Both the position numbers and the translations under genes were made by a program. This document shows, piece by piece, positions 58,509 to 64,000 of a stretch of 64,000 bases of DNA. The stretch covers positions 25,258-89,257 of the forward strand of contig CAYJMF010000004.1 in assembly GCA_964370855.1 (NCBI GenBank). Direction: 5' to 3'. How positions within the stretch are numbered: the first letter of the stretch is position 1; each line of letters opens with the position of its first letter. The DNA is from an uncultured Planctomycetota bacterium (lineage in GTDB: Bacteria > Planctomycetota > JAJSAM01 > JAKLKS01). Below the pieces are notes generated by a model. It was not told the origin of the DNA, made no database searches, and saw only the letters and a program-made list of their open reading frames with translations.

Positions 58509-59418
58509 TCGCCGCCTCCCTTCGAGGCGATGTCCACCCACGTCTTCCTGCCGTCGGCTCCCAGGTGCGGCGCCGCCCAGGTGGGTGACTGGCGGAGCAT
58601 CGTCCCGAGTTCCCTCTCCATGGGGCTTCCGGCCGCGAGGGGGCGGTCCTCCCACCGGACCTGGTGATAGGTGAAGTACTTGGCGACGAAGTGCATCATC
58701 TGGCTGAAGGGGAGGTAGGCCAGGAACACGAGGGCCACCACGAAGTGGAGGGCGAGGCCCCCGGGGACGGCCGCGGGGGGCCGGGCGGCGAGGAGGGCTC
58801 CCGCGAACGCGAGGACGTCGCCGGGGAAGTCCCCCGCGGAGAGGATGGCGGCTCCCCCCGTCGCGAAGAGCGCGGACAGGAGGAGGAGGTTCAGGAGGGC
58901 GACGGGCGTGGTGATCAACCTGAGCTTCGGATCCAGGAGGCGGCTCGCGAGGAGGCCGAGGGCGCCGAAGGCCCCCAGCCCGTAGGCCGTCCCCGCCAGG
59001 AGGGGGAACCCCGTCGCCATCACTCCCCATCCCGGGCCCTCCACGCCCGCGACGGCGGCGGCGCCCCGGAGGAGCGCCAGGCCGGCGGCGGCGGCCAGGA
59101 GGTACAGGCCCAGGTGGAAGGGGAAGGAGAACCACCAGAGCCGCCGGTTGTGCTCCCACAGGGCCTTGAGGAAGAGGACCTCCCTCAGCATGTAGGCCAG
59201 CTCCGCGGCATGGGACTCCTTCCGCGGCGCCTTCCACCACTCGTACTCCTCGAGGTAGGAGCCCCCGTACCGCCCGCGGCCCTTCTCCTTCGGGACCGGG
59301 GCGAGCTCCCACCGCAGGTGCACGGGCATCCTCCAGATCCGCAGGCACCGGAGGACGAAGGCGACGGCGAAGACGGCGACGGAGCCGTAGGACAGAGCCA
59401 GCAGCGTCGAGCCCGCCA
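58505..59418 (-). CDS. DsrM/NarI-like membrane cytochrome b (second DsrMK-like module)
   Basis: Polytopic. The LPFSQMMH motif is like DsrM's LPFSKLLH. The start is uncertain: an internal ATG at ~59418 or TTG at 59524. Confidence 0.65.
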
Positions 59419-59525
59419 TGGGGGCGCCCCTCTCGACGGCGAGGATCTCCGCGCTCCGGGAGTCGCCGGCTCGCGGAGCGGAGGTTTCCTCGGAGGCCCG
59501 GGGCCGCTTCCGGTCCGCGGGCAAC

Positions 59526-59545
59526 TGTGCAAGAAATCACAGTAT
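59526..59545. promoter_or_regulatory. conserved motif ctGTGCAAGAAATCACAg (GTGC-N6-TCAC) between the divergent dsrM-like and rex genes
   Basis: Third copy, as reverse complement, of the GTGATTT(T)CT(G/C)CACA motif. Candidate Rex autoregulatory operator. Confidence 0.45.
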
Positions 59546-59630
59546 AGGGAGCGAAGGGGGCGGGTGGATCGTGCGATCGGGAGCGTGGTCACAGGCGGGT
59601 CCGGGGACGCGGGCGGCCCTTCCGTGTGTC

Positions 59631-59659
59631 TTGACACGCTTCCCCCGGGCCGATAGCCT
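59631..59659 (+). promoter_or_regulatory. putative sigma70-type promoter for rex (TTGACA-17 bp-TAGCCT)
   Basis: TTGACA at 59631-59636, 17-bp spacer, TAGCCT at 59654-59659. Confidence 0.3.
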
Positions 59660-59666
59660 CCTCCTC

Positions 59667-60455
59667 GTGAAGGACACCAGGGACGTCCCCGATCGACCGC
59701 CGGGCGCCGGCGGAAAGCCCGTCGGCGCCAGGCGAAGCGGAGCCGGACGCCGCAGGAGGGCCGGGACGGCCCGTCCCGTTCCGGGGGAGCGGCTGAACCG
59801 GCTCATCCTGGATCGGCTGATCCGGTACTTCTGGCGGGTGGCCGAATTCGCGGCGGAGGGATCGGGCACCACGATCACCAGCAAGCGGCTCGGGGAGGCG
59901 CTGAACATCGACCCGAGCCAGATCCGGAGGGACTTCGCGGCCGTGGGCCTCGTGGGGATGAGCCACGTCGGCTACGACATGTGCGAGGTCTGCCGCGCCA
60001 TCCGGAACGCCGTAGGGTTCGACCGTCCGTTCCCCGCGGTCCTCCTGGGCACGGGGAACCTCGGGAAGGCGCTCCTCAGCTACGCCGGGTTCCGCCGCTA
60101 CGGACTGCAGATCGTGGCGGCCTTCGACAGCGACCCGGTGAAGCTGGGGGCGAAGGTCTCCGGGCAGATCGTCCAGTCCATGGAGGCCTTGAAGCTCTTC
60201 CTCGCGGTCCATGACGTCCGGCTGGCCATCCTCACCACCCCCGCGGAGGTCGCCCAGGGGCTGGCGGACCTCGTCGTCTCGGGGGGGGTCCGGGCGATCT
60301 GGAACTTCACCCCCACCCGGCTCGTCGTCCCGTCCGGTGTGCTGGTCCGGAACGAGCACATCTCGGTGGGGCTCGGGGAGATCTCCTACCACCTCAACTT
60401 CCCTCCTCCCTTCGCCGATGCCGTCCGGGGGCAGCGGGGCTTCGAACCCGAGTGA
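59667..60455 (+). CDS. rex: redox-sensing transcriptional repressor Rex
   Basis: Winged-helix motif ITSKRLGEALNIDPSQIRRDF plus Rossmann NADH-binding LLGTGNLGKALL. The start codon is uncertain: GTG at 59667, or the true start lies further downstream. Confidence 0.8.
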   Translation: MKDTRDVPDRPPGAGGKPVGARRSGAGRRRRAGTARPVPGERLNRLILDRLIRYFWRVAEFAAEGSGTTITSKRLGEALNIDPSQIRRDFAAVGLVGMSHVGYDMCEVCRAIRNAVGFDRPFPAVLLGTGNLGKALLSYAGFRRYGLQIVAAFDSDPVKLGAKVSGQIVQSMEALKLFLAVHDVRLAILTTPAEVAQGLADLVVSGGVRAIWNFTPTRLVVPSGVLVRNEHISVGLGEISYHLNFPPPFADAVRGQRGFEPE

Positions 60456-60490
60456 CTCCTATTCGTGACAAACATCACGAATAAGTTGAC
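60453..60490. promoter_or_regulatory. second copy of the ~40-bp aprB-type promoter/operator element (perfect 24-bp palindrome TATTCGTGA-caaaca-TCACGAATA followed by GTTGAC), upstream of hemA
   Basis: gtgactcctattcgtgacaaacatcacgaataagttgac aligns base-for-base with 4481-4520. Confidence 0.5.
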
Positions 60491-60559
60491 TCCCGCCCCG
60501 GACCGCCGTATCCTCGTGCTTTCAGGGGGAATTCGTCCGGCAGGGTGGAGTCTCGCGAG

Positions 60560-61843
60560 ATGCCCGTGGCCTCGCCGTCCGTGCCGCTCCTCGTGGTGGG
60601 CCTGAGCCACCGGACCGCGCCCGCCGAGGTGCGCGGGACGCTGGCCTTCCGCGCCGACGAGGCCGCCGACCTCCTCGTCCGGGGAAGGCGCGAGGGGGCG
60701 TGGAGCGAGGCGATGCTCCTCTCGACCTGCAACCGCACGGAGCTGTACGCGGCTCCCGGGCCCGGAGCGGAGAGCGGAGGAGGGCTCGCGGCGAGGCTCG
60801 CCGCGGCGCACGCGCCGGCGGTGCCCCCCGTGGACGGGTTCCTCTACCGGGCCGAGGGGCGCGGTGCGGTCCGGCACCTCCTCCGCGTCGCCTGCGGGCT
60901 CGACTCGATGGTCCTCGGCGAGAGCGAGATCGCGGGGCAGGTGAGGGAGGCCTACAGGCTGGCCCGGGAGGCGGGGACCGCGGGGCCGCAGCTCGATCTC
61001 GCGGTCCCCCTGGCGCTCCGTGTCTCGGCGAGGGCCAGGGAGGCGACGGGCATCCACCGCGGCGTGACCTCCGTGCCCGGGGCGGCGCTGGCGCTGGCGA
61101 GGGGGCACGCGGGGGACCTCTCCCGCGCCCGCGTGCTGATCGTCGGGGCGGGCGAAGCCGGGCGCATCGGGGCCCGCCTCTTCGCGTCGGAACGCCCCCT
61201 GTCCCTCCGGATCGCGGACCGTAAATCGGACTGCGCGGAGGCCCTGGCCGGGGAGACCCGGGGAACGGCCCTCGACTGGTCCCGCCTCGAGGAGGCCCTC
61301 GGCGATGCGGACGTCGTCCTGACCGCGGTGAGCGCGCCGGATCCGGTCCTCACCTGCGCGGCCCTGCGGGCGGCGGCCCCCCGGCGCGCGGGGAGGAGGC
61401 TCGTGATCCTCGACATCGGCATCCCCCGGAACGTCGAGGCGGGGGCGCGGGACCTCGAGGGGGTGCTCCTCTTCGACTCCGACGACATCGCGCGGCTGGT
61501 CGACGGGAACCGGGAGCAGCGGCGGACGGAGATGGCGAAGGTGGAGGCGCTGGTCGAGGAGGGGCTCGACCGGATGCACCGGGGGCGGCGGCGGGCGTCG
61601 TCGGAGCCCCTGGTGAAGGAGATACGCCTGTCCCTGGAGGGCCTGCGGCGGCGCGAGCTGGAGCGCAGCCGCCGCCACTTCACCCCCGCGCAGTACGAGC
61701 ACCTGGACCGCCTGACGAGGAGCCTCGTCGAGAAGGCCTACCACGTCCCGATGGAGGTCCTGGGCGAGCCGGACCCCGTGGTCCGGGACGATGCGTGGGT
61801 CCGGCGCCTCTTCGGCGTGGCCGGCGGGGAGGCGCCGCCGTAG
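60560..61843 (+). CDS. hemA: glutamyl-tRNA reductase
   Basis: LSTCNRTELY active-site motif. NADPH Rossmann VLIVGAGEAG. A GTG at 60545 is an alternative start. Confidence 0.9.
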   Translation: MPVASPSVPLLVVGLSHRTAPAEVRGTLAFRADEAADLLVRGRREGAWSEAMLLSTCNRTELYAAPGPGAESGGGLAARLAAAHAPAVPPVDGFLYRAEGRGAVRHLLRVACGLDSMVLGESEIAGQVREAYRLAREAGTAGPQLDLAVPLALRVSARAREATGIHRGVTSVPGAALALARGHAGDLSRARVLIVGAGEAGRIGARLFASERPLSLRIADRKSDCAEALAGETRGTALDWSRLEEALGDADVVLTAVSAPDPVLTCAALRAAAPRRAGRRLVILDIGIPRNVEAGARDLEGVLLFDSDDIARLVDGNREQRRTEMAKVEALVEEGLDRMHRGRRRASSEPLVKEIRLSLEGLRRRELERSRRHFTPAQYEHLDRLTRSLVEKAYHVPMEVLGEPDPVVRDDAWVRRLFGVAGGEAPP

Positions 61844-61993
61844 AGCGGCCCGGCACGTTGGAAGCCGGCGACCGCCCGCGGGAGGACTCGCGGGAGAACC
61901 CGGCGGTTCCCGCCGGGATGTCCCGGCGACCGGGCGGGACCCATCCGGGATTCCCGCTCCCCCGGACCCCTCCCGCCGATAGCATCCGCGGCG

Positions 61994-63481
61994 ATGGCTG
62001 CCCCCATGGCGAAGGCCGCGCTGCTCCTTGCGCTCCTCCTTCCGGCCGTTCCGGCGCTGCCTTCCCCCGCGGCCCAGGACGCACCGCCCCCGCCCGGCGC
62101 CCCCGACGCCGAACCGGCGATCGCGCAGGCGCGGATCGCGCAGGCGAGCGCCGAGGCCTCGTTCCTGACGGCGAAAGGCCTCCGCTCGCTGGCGGACACG
62201 GCCTGGGGCCTGGGTCTCAAGGCCACCGCCGCCGGGCTCTACAGGCACCTGCTCGAGTACAGCCCGGACGATCCCCACGCGCGCGACCGGCTGGGCTGGA
62301 GGCGCAGGGGCGTCCTGTGGGAGCGGGACAAGGCGCCGGAAGCCGTGGACGCGGCCGACGCCGCCAAGGCGAGGTCCTTCGCTGCCCGGCGGGCCCGCGA
62401 TCTCGCCGCTCCGGCGGAGGCGCACGCGCGGCTCGCCGCGCTCCTGGAGAAGGCGGGGCGGAAGGACGAGGCGCGAACGGCGTACGAGGCCGCCTTCCGC
62501 CTGGATCCCTCCAACGCGGCGGCGCGGACCGCCCGGGGCGACGTCCTCGTGGACGGGAAGTGGGTCCCGGCCGAGGTCGTGGCGTACCGGGGCCTCCGCA
62601 AGCGCCTGGACGAGGCCCGTCGCGGGCTCAAGGCGGCGCCGTCGCGCGCCAGGCCCGTGGCCGAGCGCACGGAGGCGGAGGAGCACCTCGGCGTGGATCT
62701 CGCGCGGGCCCGGAGCCCGCGGTTCCTGGCCCGGATCGACGGGAAGCCGGAGGACGCGGCGCGACTGTGCGACACGGCGGAGCGCGCCGTCGATCTCCTG
62801 GACGCGCTCCTCGGCACGGCCGCGACCCCGGGGGAGAGCCTGAACCCGTACCTGATCATCCTCTCCGGCGAGGGCCGCTACAGGTCCGTGGTCGGGCGCC
62901 TGCCGTTCCCCTCCCCGGAGGCGAAGGCCCTGGCCCTCTCGCAGGTGGGGATGTTCCTCGACGACGGAACCTACGTCGGGTACCTGGTCGACCCGGCCTG
63001 GACCCTCGACCTGGCGGCGCACAAGGCGGGCGAGGCGTTCCTGCGGCTGCGGTACCCGGAGGCCTACCAGAGGATGTGGCTCCGCGAGGCCTTCGGGGTC
63101 CTCGGCGCGGCCCTGCTGCTGGAGTCCCACGAGACCTTCTGCGTGCAGGTCGAGGACGGGAGCGTGCTGCGCGACGACCCGGACCTGCCCTCCCGGTGGC
63201 CCGCGCTCCTCGCGGCGGAGGTCGCGAAGGGGAAGGACCGCCCGCTCCGGGCGATCGCGGACCTCGACATGGCGCAGCTGTCGTACTCCGACGTCGCCAA
63301 GGCCTGCTGCGTGATCCTGTGGTGGGAGGCCACGCGACCGGGCTCGACGGCCCGCTTCCTCGACGCGGTCGCCCGGGGGAGGCCCGCGGAGGAGGCGGCG
63401 GTGGAGGCGTTCGGCGCCGGCCTCGACGCGCAGGACGCGGCGTGGCGTCCCTGGATCGCTGCGGTGGCCGCCGCGAAGTGA
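61994..63481 (+). CDS. secreted hypothetical protein with signal peptide and TPR-like helical repeats
   Basis: Signal MAAPMAKAALLLALLLPAVPA. Ala-rich helical repeats. No defined family. Confidence 0.45.
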   Translation: MAAPMAKAALLLALLLPAVPALPSPAAQDAPPPPGAPDAEPAIAQARIAQASAEASFLTAKGLRSLADTAWGLGLKATAAGLYRHLLEYSPDDPHARDRLGWRRRGVLWERDKAPEAVDAADAAKARSFAARRARDLAAPAEAHARLAALLEKAGRKDEARTAYEAAFRLDPSNAAARTARGDVLVDGKWVPAEVVAYRGLRKRLDEARRGLKAAPSRARPVAERTEAEEHLGVDLARARSPRFLARIDGKPEDAARLCDTAERAVDLLDALLGTAATPGESLNPYLIILSGEGRYRSVVGRLPFPSPEAKALALSQVGMFLDDGTYVGYLVDPAWTLDLAAHKAGEAFLRLRYPEAYQRMWLREAFGVLGAALLLESHETFCVQVEDGSVLRDDPDLPSRWPALLAAEVAKGKDRPLRAIADLDMAQLSYSDVAKACCVILWWEATRPGSTARFLDAVARGRPAEEAAVEAFGAGLDAQDAAWRPWIAAVAAAK

Positions 63482-63637
63482 CCGGTGCACCTTGAGCGGC
63501 ACCTGTCGAGTCCCGGGCGGAGGGAGCGTGCCATGAGTGCCGAGGAGGCCCGGCGGGGGCGCGAAGACCGGTGGCGCGGCGGGCACGGGGGACCTCGCCA
63601 GCGCCGCCTTCGTGGTCGCCTCGCCTGAAGCCCGACC

Positions 63638-64000
63638 ATGCGTCCCATCATCCGTCCAGCACATCCAGAGGACGCCGCCGGAATCGCACGGGTCCACGGG
63701 GACGCATGGCGGGCGGCCTACCGGGGCCTCGTTCCCGACGGGTTCCTCGAGGCCCGTGGAAGGGAGCCCGACACGGTGGAACGCCGGCGGCGGTGGATCG
63801 GGGACCCGAAGGTCTCCACCTTCGTCGCGGAGGAGGACGGGGAGATCCTCGGCTTCGCCAACGGGGGGCCGGCGCGGGAGGGGCCGGCGGGGTTCGACGG
63901 GGAGCTGTACGCGATCTACGTCCACCCCTCCCGCCAGCGGGAGAGGCTGGGCTGGCGGCTCCTCCTGCACCTGGCCGAAACCCTCCACGGCCGCGGGTTC
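63638..64000 (+). CDS. GNAT-family N-acetyltransferase (5' partial; continues beyond the window)
   Basis: Motif IARVHGDAWRAAYRGLVP..ELYAIYVHP typical of the GNAT fold. Confidence 0.55.
   Translation, partial: MRPIIRPAHPEDAAGIARVHGDAWRAAYRGLVPDGFLEARGREPDTVERRRRWIGDPKVSTFVAEEDGEILGFANGGPAREGPAGFDGELYAIYVHPSRQRERLGWRLLLHLAETLHGRGF

Noticed and set aside
1-64000. Searched intergenic regions for tRNA/rRNA genes, CRISPR repeats, transposases/integrases
   Set aside because: None found. No direct-repeat arrays, no tRNA-like TpsiC/acceptor patterns in the few long intergenic regions (4439-4791, 38817-39244, 51885-52308, 59419-59666), and no recombinase-like ORFs.

Overview
This window is a high-GC (~70%) bacterial chromosomal segment. 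I see no rRNA, tRNA, CRISPR array, transposase or integrase. Most long ORFs in the six-frame track are antisense or out-of-frame artefacts of the GC-rich sequence. The genes I can support are those with recognisable protein families and strong GC3 coding bias.

Part A (1-4.4 kb): the tail of an upstream gene, then a DUF5682-family protein and a VWA-domain protein that form a MoxR-type module, then a hypothetical membrane protein.

Part B (4.8-29.2 kb, all on the + strand, many start/stop overlaps): a tightly consolidated dissimilatory sulfate-reduction supercluster. The gene order is aprB, aprA, small Cys protein, YkgJ-like, qmoABC, sat, OsmC-like, dsrC, DsrT-like, dsrMKJOP, dsrAB, dsrD, DsrL-like, dsrN, SirC-CbiX fusion, CobA-HemD fusion. 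dsrD marks a reductive-type Dsr system, and siroheme cofactor synthesis is encoded with it.

Part C (29.2-56.9 kb): an accessory island embedded in the sulfur locus that I cannot assign to any described system. It holds five paralogous ~830-870 aa PpsA-like swivelling-histidine dikinase homologues. Each keeps the N-terminal ATP-grasp domain and the phospho-His mobile domain but has a non-canonical conserved C-terminal domain. They are interleaved with four TauE/SafE (TSUP, DUF81) permeases and their small membrane/lipoprotein partners, three sensor histidine kinases, four output-less CheY-like response regulators, and two cytidylate-kinase-like/BON-domain paralogues that sit at the two island borders.

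Part D (56.9-64 kb): a second DsrMK-like module, rex, hemA, a secreted TPR-like protein, and the start of a GNAT acetyltransferase.

Recurrent cis-elements: a ~40-bp promoter/operator element with a GTGA-N6-TCAC palindrome lies upstream of aprB and again downstream of rex/upstream of hemA. A second conserved motif, GTGATTT(T)CTGCACAAT with the same GTGA-N6-(T/G)CAC core, occurs three times, at the island's operons and at the rex/dsrM-like divergent promoter. Both resemble Rex or CRP/FNR-family (HcpR-like) operators.
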